A stretch of 32,000 nt of DNA from Candidatus Saccharimonadota bacterium (GTDB lineage Bacteria; Bacteroidota; Bacteroidia; Cytophagales; Amoebophilaceae): positions 840,001 through 872,000 of the forward strand of contig NZ_OW441264.1 in NCBI RefSeq assembly GCF_936981045.1, given 5' to 3'. Shown here piece after piece: positions 16,552 to 26,120 of the stretch (the stretch's first letter is position 1; each line of letters begins with the position of its first letter). The notes under the pieces are model-generated. The model saw only the letters and a list, made by a program, of their open reading frames with translations, made no database searches and had not been told where the DNA came from. Made by a program: the position numbers and the translations under genes.

Positions 16552-17384
16552 GGTTCTGTCGCGTTTATTCTAAAAAATGATTATTTTAGTATCGGTATTT
16601 AAAAAAGTAGTTATTATGTTTAATATTTCTCCCGAGTTATTACCATATTTTAAAGGTTATTGTTCTTCATCAGAAGTCATCCTGTTATTTGTATACATGA
16701 AGTGTCGTTTTTCCTTGAGCTATAGAGATTTGGAAGAGATGATGCGTATGAGAGGCGCAAGAGTTGATCATTCTACGCTACAGAGATGGGTTATTAAGTT
16801 TGTTCCTCTGATAGATAAAGCAGTAAGAAAAAGAAAACGACCAATTGGTAGTAGTTGGAAAATGGATGAAACCTATGTTAAACTAAACGGGAAGTGGATC
16901 TATTTATATAGAGCAGTAGATCGTTATGGTGATACAGTTGACTTTTTTCTATCTGATCATAGAGACAAGTCTTCAACGCTTTCTTTTTTTCGCAAGGCGA
17001 TCACAGAAAATAATATTCCTAAGAAAGTAGTAATTGACAAAAGCGGTAGTAATAAAGCTGCCCTTGATGCGATCAATACAGATCTTGATCAAGATCATAC
17101 CATTCAAATATTTCAAAACAAATATTTGAATAATAGAGTTGAACAAGATCATAGGTTTATCAAAAAACGGATAAAACCTATGCTGGGTTTTAAGAATTTT
17201 TATTCTGCTTCCATTACTATTTCAGGGATAGAAAACATTCGTATGATTCAAAAAGGACAAGTAAGAGGAGCTAAAAATCATCTTTCTACTTTTGAGAACT
17301 TTGCTATCTTAATGGCCGCATAATATCCAAAATTTGACTTAAACGAAAAACCTATACTAAGAAAACTATAGACGCGACAGAACC
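16552..17384 (+). mobile_element. Intact IS6/IS26-like insertion sequence, copy E (833 bp)
   Basis: IRL at 16552 and IRR ending at 17384, 5 bp from the uvrA stop codon. No target duplication. Confidence 0.9.
16577..17323 (+). CDS. IS6-family DDE transposase (copy E; 2 aa differences from A and C)
   Basis: V89I and R94K relative to copy C, read from the ORF track. Confidence 0.9.
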   Translation: MIILVSVFKKVVIMFNISPELLPYFKGYCSSSEVILLFVYMKCRFSLSYRDLEEMMRMRGARVDHSTLQRWVIKFVPLIDKAVRKRKRPIGSSWKMDETYVKLNGKWIYLYRAVDRYGDTVDFFLSDHRDKSSTLSFFRKAITENNIPKKVVIDKSGSNKAALDAINTDLDQDHTIQIFQNKYLNNRVEQDHRFIKKRIKPMLGFKNFYSASITISGIENIRMIQKGQVRGAKNHLSTFENFAILMAA

Positions 17385-17389
17385 GTATT

Positions 17390-20245
17390 TTACACCCCTA
17401 ATTCTTTTTGTAAAAAATAGCCCGTATAACTCTTCGGTACCCTTGCAATAGCTTCTGGGGTACCCTCTGCTACTAGATAGCCTCCATCGCGCCCACCATC
17501 CGGACCAATATCAATCACATAGTCTGCTACTTTTATAATATCCATATTATGCTCTATGATCAGCACCGTATTCCCTTGGTCTACCAATTTCTTTAGCACA
17601 GATAATAGCGCCACAATATCCTGAAAGTGAAGACCCGTACTGGGTTCATCTAAGATATAAAAGGTATCCCCAGTGCTTTTTTTGGACAATTCTGTCGCCA
17701 ACTTGACCCGTTGTGCTTCTCCGCCTGACAAAGTAGTCGCATGTTGACCCAGGGTAATGTACCCCAGACCTACTTGTTCTAAGGTGCGCAGTTTAAGCAG
17801 TATAGATGGATGGCTTTCAAAAAAAGGAATTACATTGGATACCGTCATATCTAAAACATCCGCAATAGATTTACCTTTATATTGTACTTCCAATGTTTCA
17901 CGACTGTAACGCTTGCCTTTACAGCTATCACAGGTTACATATACCTCTGGTAGAAAGCCCATTTCTATACGTTGAATACCAGCCCCTTCACAAGTGTTGC
18001 ACCGGCCTTCTTTTAGATTAAAAGAGAATCTACCTGGCTTATAACCTCTAATTTTAGCCTCTGGCAAGATTGCAAAAAAGCTACGTATATCGGTAAACAT
18101 ACCCGTATAGGTACTAGGATTAGAGCGCGGGGTTCTGCCTATAGGTGACTGACTTACCTCTATAACTTTATTAATGTGTTCCAATCCAAAGGCTTCTTCA
18201 TAAGGTAGTGGTATAACACGGCTGTTATAGAGATGTTTTTTAAGAATAGGCAAGAGGGTTTTACGAATCAGCGAAGATTTTCCGCTGCCTGATACCCCTG
18301 TTATGCAAATCATTAGACCCAATGGAATGGTTAAAGTTATGTTTTTTAAATTATTGCCACTACACGCCCTAATGGTTAGGGTTTTACCATTGCCTGGTTT
18401 GCGATGAGTTGGAAAGGTAAAGGTTTTTTTATTGGTTAAAAACTCGGCTGTAACGCTAGGTTTTGCTAAAAACTCCACTAAGGGACCGGCTGCAACTACT
18501 TCTCCTCCACAAATGCCCGCTTGAGGGCCTATTTCAATTAAATAGTCTGCTGCCAACATGATTTCCTTATCATGCTCTACTACAAGTACCGTATTGCCTA
18601 TATCCCTAAGCGCTTTTAAGGCACCAATAAGACGCCAATTGTCACGTTGGTGTAAACCAATACTGGGTTCATCAAGAATATAGCAGACGCCCAATAGTTG
18701 GGTCCCTATTTGTGTAGCCAGTCTAATGCGTTGTGCTTCCCCCCCTGACAAGGTATTTAAGCCTCTATTAAGATGTAAATAATGTAACCCAACATCAATT
18801 AAAAATTGGAGTCGTTTGGAAATTTCTTTTATAATTTCATAGGCAATGATTTGCTGTTTTTCTGTTAATACAGTTGATAAGGTATCAAACCATTTTTTAA
18901 GTCCATCTAGGTCCATTGAAACCAAATCAGCAATACTTTGCTCTTTAATTTTAAAAGACCTGGCAATTGGATTTAATCTAGTCCCTTTGCAATCTGGGCA
19001 TATAGTTGTGTAAACAAACCCCTCTGCTAGACTACTATGCCGTGTAACCGTTTCTCGTTCTTGTTGCTTGATCAGTGCAGTGATCATCCCTTCAAATGGT
19101 TCTACACAATTTGCAATAAGCACAGAACGATGTTTTGTAATATTGCCAAATAACAACAAGTTCAATACAGCTGAAGGCAGGCGCTCAACTGGATCGGTAA
19201 TTTTACATTGGAAAAACCTTAGTAAGGCTTCTATTTTTTTAAATAATAATGATGCTTTATAAGGGCCTAATGGTAGAATGGCACCGTGTTTAATGCTTAT
19301 ACTTTTATCTGGAATAATCATGTCTATATCTATGTGGGTAATTGCACCCAATCCATCACAGGTAGGACAGGCCCCATAAGGCGTATTAAAAGAAAAAAGA
19401 TTTGGCGCTGGTGCATCATAGGCAAGCCCTGTCTCTTCATCCATTAGGTTTGTAGAGAAATAGTGATCTTGCTGCTCAGGATCTACTACCAATAATGTCC
19501 CTTTTCCATATTGGAAAGCCAACTGTAGTGCATTTTTGATACGATCCACCTCTTTTAGATCTATTAACATATAATCTATCACCAAGGCAATATCATGTTT
19601 TTTATGGCGGGCCAGCTTGAGGTTATCTGTCAATTCAACAATCGCATCATTCACTCTAACTTTATTGAAACCCAGTTTGATAAAACGTTTTAGTAGTGTT
19701 TCATGATGGCCTTTTTTACCCCTAACAACGGGGGCCATTAGGATCACCCGTTTTCTAGCGAAGGTGCGTAATAGATGGGCAAGGATTTGTTCCTCATCCT
19801 GTGTTGTCATTTTGCTACCCGTAGTGTAGGCATATGCATCTGCTATGCGTGCAAAAAGTAAGCGCATAAAGTCATAGATTTCTGTAGCCGTCCCTACAGT
19901 AGAGCGTACATTGCGATGAGTAGTTTTCTGTTCGATGGCAATAACAGGGCTCAGTCCATTTATTTTATCTACTTCCGGTCTGGTTAAGCTACCTAAAAAG
20001 CCGCGTGCATAGGCACTAAAGCTTTCCCGATACCGTCTTTGTCCCTCTGCATTTATAGTGTCAAAGGCCAAAGAGGACTTTCCGCTGCCACTTACACCTG
20101 TAATGATCACCAATCGATTGCGCGGAAAAACCACATCAATATTTTTTAAATTGTGGGTCCTTGCACCCAAAACTTCTATATAGTCAAAACCATAATGGTC
20201 TTGGCAAGCATGATGGGTCTGTTTTGTATTGATTGTATCTACCAT
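17390..20245 (-). CDS. uvrA: Excinuclease ABC subunit A
   Basis: Two ABC ATPase modules (GVSGSGKSSL twice, LSGGEAQR twice, YILDEPS/LDEPSTGLH) and zinc-finger Cys clusters (CPTCDGLG, CPDCKGTR, CNTCEGAG, CDSCKGKRY). I place the start at the ATG at 20245 (MVDTINT..). The 33-codon upstream extension in the ORF track begins with TTG and is not UvrA-like. Confidence 0.95.
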   Translation of the reverse strand: MVDTINTKQTHHACQDHYGFDYIEVLGARTHNLKNIDVVFPRNRLVIITGVSGSGKSSLAFDTINAEGQRRYRESFSAYARGFLGSLTRPEVDKINGLSPVIAIEQKTTHRNVRSTVGTATEIYDFMRLLFARIADAYAYTTGSKMTTQDEEQILAHLLRTFARKRVILMAPVVRGKKGHHETLLKRFIKLGFNKVRVNDAIVELTDNLKLARHKKHDIALVIDYMLIDLKEVDRIKNALQLAFQYGKGTLLVVDPEQQDHYFSTNLMDEETGLAYDAPAPNLFSFNTPYGACPTCDGLGAITHIDIDMIIPDKSISIKHGAILPLGPYKASLLFKKIEALLRFFQCKITDPVERLPSAVLNLLLFGNITKHRSVLIANCVEPFEGMITALIKQQERETVTRHSSLAEGFVYTTICPDCKGTRLNPIARSFKIKEQSIADLVSMDLDGLKKWFDTLSTVLTEKQQIIAYEIIKEISKRLQFLIDVGLHYLHLNRGLNTLSGGEAQRIRLATQIGTQLLGVCYILDEPSIGLHQRDNWRLIGALKALRDIGNTVLVVEHDKEIMLAADYLIEIGPQAGICGGEVVAAGPLVEFLAKPSVTAEFLTNKKTFTFPTHRKPGNGKTLTIRACSGNNLKNITLTIPLGLMICITGVSGSGKSSLIRKTLLPILKKHLYNSRVIPLPYEEAFGLEHINKVIEVSQSPIGRTPRSNPSTYTGMFTDIRSFFAILPEAKIRGYKPGRFSFNLKEGRCNTCEGAGIQRIEMGFLPEVYVTCDSCKGKRYSRETLEVQYKGKSIADVLDMTVSNVIPFFESHPSILLKLRTLEQVGLGYITLGQHATTLSGGEAQRVKLATELSKKSTGDTFYILDEPSTGLHFQDIVALLSVLKKLVDQGNTVLIIEHNMDIIKVADYVIDIGPDGGRDGGYLVAEGTPEAIARVPKSYTGYFLQKELGV

Positions 20246-20484
20246 ATAGCTAAAAGATTTAATCAGACGCAACGAAGCAGCATCTTGCACGGTTAGCCCA
20301 CATGGAGGGTTCCGTATAGGAAGACGACCCGCACATGTTAACAAGCAGAAAATATATAAACCTGATTTTTATAACTTTGACTCATTCAACATTTTAAAGA
20401 GCTATTTTTTGTACAAAATTCAAGATATAGCTTAATTTAGGGGCAAATATTCTAACATTCGATAAGCATTAAATATGTATAAGC

Positions 20485-22035
20485 ATGAATAGTACCCATC
20501 GATTTTCTATACACAAGATTCCAACCTATTTCTTACGGATCAAGCTGATACCATACATTGCTTTCTTTGTATGCGTGCTACCACCGATTATCGTACAAGC
20601 AGATAATAGAGGCATCGATGATCCCAATATAAATTTGAGCTCTCCATACCATACCGTGTATACCCATTTTATGCTTTTAAATCCTGGTAATAAAGCCTCT
20701 AAACATGCAGGCATTGTATTTCTACATGGAGAAACCTTTAACCAAAAAAGTAAAGAAATGGCTATTAAGTTAAAAAGATTACTGACCCTTAAGGGTATCA
20801 ATATTGAAACCATATCTAAAGATCCTAATTATATGGATCCAACGATAAATGAAAATAGATTTATTTTATCTAAAAAACTACCAAAAGTCTACTTAATCAA
20901 GGAAGGTGAACAATGGCGTTACAGTAAAGAAACCCTAGATTTTATAAGGGAATATGAAGTATCAGATAGATTTCACACGCTTTTACATCACTTTTTGCCT
21001 GAAACATTTTGTCAAAAACAGATATTAAATTTTGCCATTTGGCAATATATTATGTTGATAGGTTTAACCATCATTATTTGGCTGACCTATAAAATTATGC
21101 CTTATTTTTTGAAGCTTATGGTATACAAGTTTATAGGTAGTAAAAAATCATTTGCTATAGAACGGTTGCTCATGCTAGTGATTAATATATACTTCTTAAA
21201 GAGTGGCCTGACCATGTTCCAGTTTAAATTCTTAACCGCTTTTATCAATCGGGTCATAGAAGCTGCCACTTCCTTCTTATGGATGTGTTTGGCCTATGAA
21301 TGTGTCAATTTGATGCAAAATAGAATAAAAATTGCCAAGAAACATAATAAGTTTGTGATCCATATTTTGCCTCTTTTTAGCATAATGGCTAAAATTGTTG
21401 TAGGGATTGTTGGGTTGGTACAAACCATTGATCATCTTGGATTTGCAACTGGATCCTTAGTGAAGGCACTTTCTTTCAGTACACTTGGTATTGGTTTGGC
21501 TTGCCAAGATACCATTAAGAACCTATTTGCATCATTGATGATTACAATGGATCGGCCTTTTAGTGTAGGGGATGAAATTGTTTCTGGGGGCATTCGTGGC
21601 AAAGTAGAAGAAGTGGGATTGCGTTCTACCTTACTGCGTACAAAGGAAGAATCTTTAGTCTATATACCCAATGCAAAATTGGCTGATGCCTACATTGATA
21701 ACTTTGGAAAAAGAGCTTCACGAATGGTTTCCCTAGAAGTACCACTAAATTATGCTATATCTTTAGAATTATTACCAAAATTTATAAGGGGATTACGCGA
21801 GATTGCTGAATCTCAACCATTAGTAAAGCCAGAAAAAACGAACATATATCTTGATAAAATGAATGAAAACGGATTTATAATCATTTTCAATTTTCATTTG
21901 GACACCACTGAAACCAGTCTAGAACATGCATGTAAAAATAGGGTTATACCGCTTATCTTAAAACTTGCCTACCAAGTTGGTATACGTTTAGGAAACATAC
22001 AACATATTACGCATATAGAAGCATCGCATCCGTAA
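20485..22035 (+). CDS. Mechanosensitive ion channel family protein (MscS-like, with a large N-terminal extension)
   Basis: 516 aa. It has an N-terminal signal/TM segment, several TM helices, and the MscS core NLFASLMITMDRPFSVGDEI..G.VEEVGLRSTLLRT.E..LVYIPN. Confidence 0.85.
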   Translation: MNSTHRFSIHKIPTYFLRIKLIPYIAFFVCVLPPIIVQADNRGIDDPNINLSSPYHTVYTHFMLLNPGNKASKHAGIVFLHGETFNQKSKEMAIKLKRLLTLKGINIETISKDPNYMDPTINENRFILSKKLPKVYLIKEGEQWRYSKETLDFIREYEVSDRFHTLLHHFLPETFCQKQILNFAIWQYIMLIGLTIIIWLTYKIMPYFLKLMVYKFIGSKKSFAIERLLMLVINIYFLKSGLTMFQFKFLTAFINRVIEAATSFLWMCLAYECVNLMQNRIKIAKKHNKFVIHILPLFSIMAKIVVGIVGLVQTIDHLGFATGSLVKALSFSTLGIGLACQDTIKNLFASLMITMDRPFSVGDEIVSGGIRGKVEEVGLRSTLLRTKEESLVYIPNAKLADAYIDNFGKRASRMVSLEVPLNYAISLELLPKFIRGLREIAESQPLVKPEKTNIYLDKMNENGFIIIFNFHLDTTETSLEHACKNRVIPLILKLAYQVGIRLGNIQHITHIEASHP

Positions 22036-22057
22036 GGCATTTTTGTCTTACTGTATG

Positions 22058-23152
22058 TTAAAGGACACCTTCTCTTCCTGCTTGTAACTTTTCTGCATGA
22101 TCTGCAATACGCAGCGCTTTGATCATATCTAATAGCGCCCCATCTAATATGGCTGCTAAGTTATGTTCGGCATAGCCAATCCGGTGATCGGTTGCACGGG
22201 ATTGAGGAAAGTTATAGGTTCTGATTTTGTCTCCTCTGTCTCCACGTTTGACCATAGATCTGCGTTCCATACCAATCGCTTCTTGTTGCTTTTTAACTTC
22301 CATATCATAGAGGCGGGAACGCAATACCTTTAAGGCTTTTTCATAATTTTTAATTTGTGATTTGCCATCTTGACAGGATACAACCAACCCAGTGGGGATG
22401 TGGGTGAGCCGTACGGCTGAATAGGTCGTGTTTACCGACTGGCCACCTGGACCAGAAGAACAAAAAGTATCCTTTCGTACATCATTTAAGTCCAAGTTGA
22501 TTTCCACTTCCCCTGCTTCTGGTAACACCACTACACTGGCTGCTGAAGTATGTATACGGCCTTGTGTTTCAGTGGTAGGGACCCGTTGTACACGGTGTAC
22601 CCCAGATTCATATTTCATAAGGCCATATACATCTTCGCCAGCTATGGTACAGACAATTTCTTTCCATCCACCAGCCGTACCTTCTATGGTATATACAATG
22701 GAAAAATCCCATTTCATTTTTTCTGCAAAACGTTTGTACATTCGAAAAAGATCTCCTGTAAAAATGGCTGCTTCGTCTCCACCAATACCGGCCCGAATCT
22801 CTAAAACAATGTTTCTACTGTCATTGGGATCACTTGGTGTAAGGGCATCGCGTAATTGGGCTTCTAAATGGGATTTTTTATCTAAGGCGGATGCTAACTC
22901 TTGTTTGGCAATTTCACGGAACTCTTCTTCTTTTTCAATATTTAATACTTCTTTTGCTTCCTTTATGTTTTCTAATACAAGTTCATAGTATTTGTATAAA
23001 TCGACAATTTTGGATAGCTTGCTATATTCCTTATTGAGTGCTGCATAGGCCTTTATATCATTTAAGGCATCTGGTTGATAGATGGCTGCTTCTACCTCGT
23101 GAAACCGCTCTTTGATGGATTTTAATTTTTCAATCATATGATCCCGATGCAT
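22058..23152 (-). CDS. prfA: Peptide chain release factor 1
   Basis: 364 aa. It has the GGQ motif SGPGGQSVNTT, the RF1-type tripeptide region RVQRVPTTETQGRIHTS, and no SPF motif or frameshift site. Confidence 0.93.
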   Translation of the reverse strand: MHRDHMIEKLKSIKERFHEVEAAIYQPDALNDIKAYAALNKEYSKLSKIVDLYKYYELVLENIKEAKEVLNIEKEEEFREIAKQELASALDKKSHLEAQLRDALTPSDPNDSRNIVLEIRAGIGGDEAAIFTGDLFRMYKRFAEKMKWDFSIVYTIEGTAGGWKEIVCTIAGEDVYGLMKYESGVHRVQRVPTTETQGRIHTSAASVVVLPEAGEVEINLDLNDVRKDTFCSSGPGGQSVNTTYSAVRLTHIPTGLVVSCQDGKSQIKNYEKALKVLRSRLYDMEVKKQQEAIGMERRSMVKRGDRGDKIRTYNFPQSRATDHRIGYAEHNLAAILDGALLDMIKALRIADHAEKLQAGREGVL

Positions 23153-23250
23153 CCCGTTCGGCTGTGTGGCAATGCTACAAAATATATCTGTTCAAGTCAG
23201 TGGTAGATAAGTAATGTTTATCACATTTTTTATCAAGCAAAAAATGTCCT

Positions 23251-23595
23251 TTAAGCTACTTTTTGTACAATAGCCTCAAATGCGCTTGGATGGTTCATAG
23301 CCAAATCAGCTAGTACTTTCCTATCCATATCTACATTGTTTTGCTTAAGCTTGCCCATAAACTGAGCGTAAGCCATTCCATGCAGACGAGCAGCTGCATT
23401 GATGCGTTGTATCCATAATGCTCTTATGGTTCTTTTTTTTGTTTTACGGTCTCTATAGGCATATAAAAGCCCTTTTTCAACAGCATTCTTAGCTACCGTC
23501 CAAACATTTTTTCTTTTGCCCCAGTAACCTTTTGCTAACTTTAATACCCGCTTTTTACGTGCTTTTGATGCTACTGCATTAACCGATCTTGGCAT
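23251..23595 (-). CDS. rplT: 50S ribosomal protein L20
   Basis: 114 aa. It has MPRS......[17 protein letters not shown]....[25 protein letters not shown], which is diagnostic. Confidence 0.95.
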   Translation of the reverse strand: MPRSVNAVASKARKKRVLKLAKGYWGKRKNVWTVAKNAVEKGLLYAYRDRKTKKRTIRALWIQRINAAARLHGMAYAQFMGKLKQNNVDMDRKVLADLAMNHPSAFEAIVQKVA

Positions 23596-23689
23596 GGTTA
23601 TGTTCTAATTTATAAGTTGATGGTATTTATAAAACTATAGAAAGATAAATATTACAGTTGCACAATAAAGGTAGAGATGCTAATAACCC

Positions 23690-23890
23690 CTAAATGGCTA
23701 GCAGTTTGCGAATAGTTGGTGCATTGGTCTTATGCACCAGTGCACTGTGTGTAAGATGCCTCTTTTGCCTTGTACTTTTATTTTTTTTTGCTAAGCAATG
23801 GTTCTTAAAAGCATGCTTCCGCTTAATCTTACCCCTACCTGTTACTTGAAACCTTTTTTTTGAACCAGAATGTGTTTTAACTTTTGGCAT
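23690..23890 (-). CDS. rpmI: 50S ribosomal protein L35
   Basis: 66 aa. It has [26 protein letters not shown], which is diagnostic, and it lies in the conserved infC-rpmI-rplT order. Confidence 0.93.
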   Translation of the reverse strand: MPKVKTHSGSKKRFQVTGRGKIKRKHAFKNHCLAKKNKSTRQKRHLTHSALVHKTNAPTIRKLLAI

Positions 23891-24083
23891 ACTTTTAGTT
23901 ATAACGGATATTGAATGGTTTAACTAGCGCAAATGGTTTATTTGCTGGTTGGTGCCTTTTTAAGGCCTTTTTTAAAGCATGCGCAATATGACTAAGCTGC
24001 TTGCTGGTTGATAGTAGACCTATATAACCCCTAAATCTAGTAAAAAATATTCAAATAGCAATACAATCCCATTAACAATGATA

Positions 24084-24611
24084 CTATTTTTTGGCTGTTA
24101 ATGGCGCTATGGTTAGACTCATTTTCTTGCCTTCTAGTTTAGGTAGTTGCTCTACCCTTCCATAGGCTTCTAGTCCTTGCGAAAACCTAAGTAAGATAAG
24201 CTCACCCCTTTCTTTAAACATAATCTCCCTCCCTACAAATTTAACACAAACCTTGACTTTAGCAGCAGCTTGTAAAAAGTTAATAGCATGCTTTAACTTA
24301 AAGTCAAAATCGTGATCACTTGTATTGGGACCAAAGCGGATTTCCTTTATAATGATCTTTTGGGCATTGTTTTTTATTTCCTTATGCTTCCTCTTTTGTA
24401 AGTATTTAAATTTAGCATAATCCATTACTTTACAAACAGGGAAATCACTAGATTTGGTAATTTCGACTAAGTCAAGCTCTTGTGCTTCCGCAATGGCTAA
24501 AGCTTCACGAATGCTATACACACCGGCAACGACATTATCACCAACCAAGCGTACCTGCGATGCAGTGATGCGCTCGTTTACATTATGGGTTTCTTTTGTT
24601 GTCTGTTTCAA
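24084..24611 (-). CDS. infC: Translation initiation factor IF-3, apparently with a non-AUG (TTG) start
   Basis: 175 aa. It has NERITASQVRLVGDN....Y....AL..A....LDLVEI....P.CK.MDY.KFKY and a C-domain ...IKEIRF.P....HD...K. An in-frame TAA lies five codons upstream of the TTG, with no ATG in between. Confidence 0.9.
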   Translation of the reverse strand: MKQTTKETHNVNERITASQVRLVGDNVVAGVYSIREALAIAEAQELDLVEITKSSDFPVCKVMDYAKFKYLQKRKHKEIKNNAQKIIIKEIRFGPNTSDHDFDFKLKHAINFLQAAAKVKVCVKFVGREIMFKERGELILLRFSQGLEAYGRVEQLPKLEGKKMSLTIAPLTAKK

Positions 24612-24762
24612 ATGGCGAAATATTGATTATAGGTCTGTTGTAAACATCCATTTAGCCAGGCTGCTTCTGGCTATGCACGTTAATATACAAATATCTAAAC
24701 AAGTTTTCAATAAATCAAATCAAAAAGATAGGATACTGGTCTTCTTTTCTGGCCTATTTAGC

Positions 24763-25935
24763 TTATATGGTTTTGGGTTCTGTTTTAGCGCTTCGACGGA
24801 GTATTAAAAACAATCCTACTATAGCCCAAGGTAAGCTAAGCAATTGCCCCATGTTCAACCACATGTTATTTTCAAATGCAACTTGGTTTTCTTTATAGCA
24901 TTCGCAAAAAAAGCGCATGCAAGCAGCTGTTACTATAAGTGTTCCAAAGATGCGACCAGGTGCTATTGTTTCACCTTTTTTATACCACCATAAAAATAGC
25001 ATTATAAAAATCAAAAAATAAGAAAAAGATTCATAAAGTTGTGCTGGATGCCTTGGAATACCCCAGGTATAGACACGCGCTTGATAGCCTCCATTTTGTT
25101 TTTGTAGGGTGTAGGATAGAGGGGTACCATAGATTTCATAGATTTTAGGTGATATGCTAAAATAAGTCTCCTGAACCAATTGATTTTTTAAAGACTGCTC
25201 AAGGAAATTTTTAATCTTCTTTTCGTCTGTAATGTTTTTATTAAAAGCAATGGCTAATTCAGTGGATGGGTAATGGACTTTGATTGGTAGCGTGTGGACC
25301 GTAGATGCTTTACGGATCACTAGATTATCAATTGTAGAAGCATACTTTTTGCATAAATTTTCATGCAAATCTCTGACAAATATTACGCCATAGCTGGCCC
25401 GAGTTGGTTTGCCAATGACTTCAGAATTCATAAAATTTCCAATCCGAATCAGTGCGGCACCCAAAGGAAATAGAATAGACAAATGGTCTATAATCCATAA
25501 AAATTCTCCAGGAGATCGACGATTTTTAAAACGGATGTGAGGCGGAAAAAAAGAAATTATAATCCGTTTTACATATAGGAAAACAGCAAGTACCATTCCA
25601 ATACCAGCCCCATGACTGGCCAAGCCACCGAAACCAGTTATTTTAAAATTAGGGGAAAAGATAACAGGTAAAAATATTTCTAAGAGGTGATCTTTGTAAT
25701 AATTCCATTCATAAAAAATAACATGCCCCAAACGAGCGCCAAGTAATACGCTCAGTACAATATAGTCTTTGATTTGGTCGGCTTCTTCTCTTGTTTTACC
25801 AGCCTTAGCAAACATATGATACCAAATAGGAAGCCCTCCTAATACACCGGCGGCAAAGAGCAAGTTATACCAGCGAATGTTTAAAAATCCTTTTGTGAAT
25901 AGCTCTGGAGACACATCCCATATAATACTTGGCAT
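24763..25935 (-). CDS. lgt: Phosphatidylglycerol--prolipoprotein diacylglyceryl transferase, long form
   Basis: 390 aa. It has RWY.L....G, GGLASHGAGIG, LIRIGNFMNSEVIGKPT and RHPAQLYES, the Lgt signatures. An extra segment lies between the last two. Confidence 0.88.
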   Translation of the reverse strand: MPSIIWDVSPELFTKGFLNIRWYNLLFAAGVLGGLPIWYHMFAKAGKTREEADQIKDYIVLSVLLGARLGHVIFYEWNYYKDHLLEIFLPVIFSPNFKITGFGGLASHGAGIGMVLAVFLYVKRIIISFFPPHIRFKNRRSPGEFLWIIDHLSILFPLGAALIRIGNFMNSEVIGKPTRASYGVIFVRDLHENLCKKYASTIDNLVIRKASTVHTLPIKVHYPSTELAIAFNKNITDEKKIKNFLEQSLKNQLVQETYFSISPKIYEIYGTPLSYTLQKQNGGYQARVYTWGIPRHPAQLYESFSYFLIFIMLFLWWYKKGETIAPGRIFGTLIVTAACMRFFCECYKENQVAFENNMWLNMGQLLSLPWAIVGLFLILRRSAKTEPKTI

Positions 25936-26120
25936 AAGTGTTAAAATATAGATAAAGTTGTATACAATTTGTTAAGTGTGCAACACACTGTGTGATGTAG
26001 AATAGGGCTACGGCCACTTACTAAATATGTTTTGTATGCATTCCAACACAGCAACCATAGGTAGGGCAGCCCATCTATAATAGTCATAGGCTTACAAAGA
26101 TTGACTTTAAGAATAAAGTA

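Noticed and set aside
20246-20344. A 33-codon N-terminal extension of uvrA starting at a TTG.
   Set aside because: It shows no UvrA-like sequence. An ATG at 20245 is followed by a normal UvrA N-terminus.
22428-22988. A 186-aa ORF and an 84-aa ORF on the + strand inside prfA.
   Set aside because: They are antisense shadows of the RF1 gene and have no motifs.
24454-24807. A 117-aa + strand ORF spanning the infC-lgt spacer.
   Set aside because: It mostly overlaps the 5' end of infC and the 3' end of lgt on the opposite strand. It has no motifs and its composition is typical of a shadow ORF.
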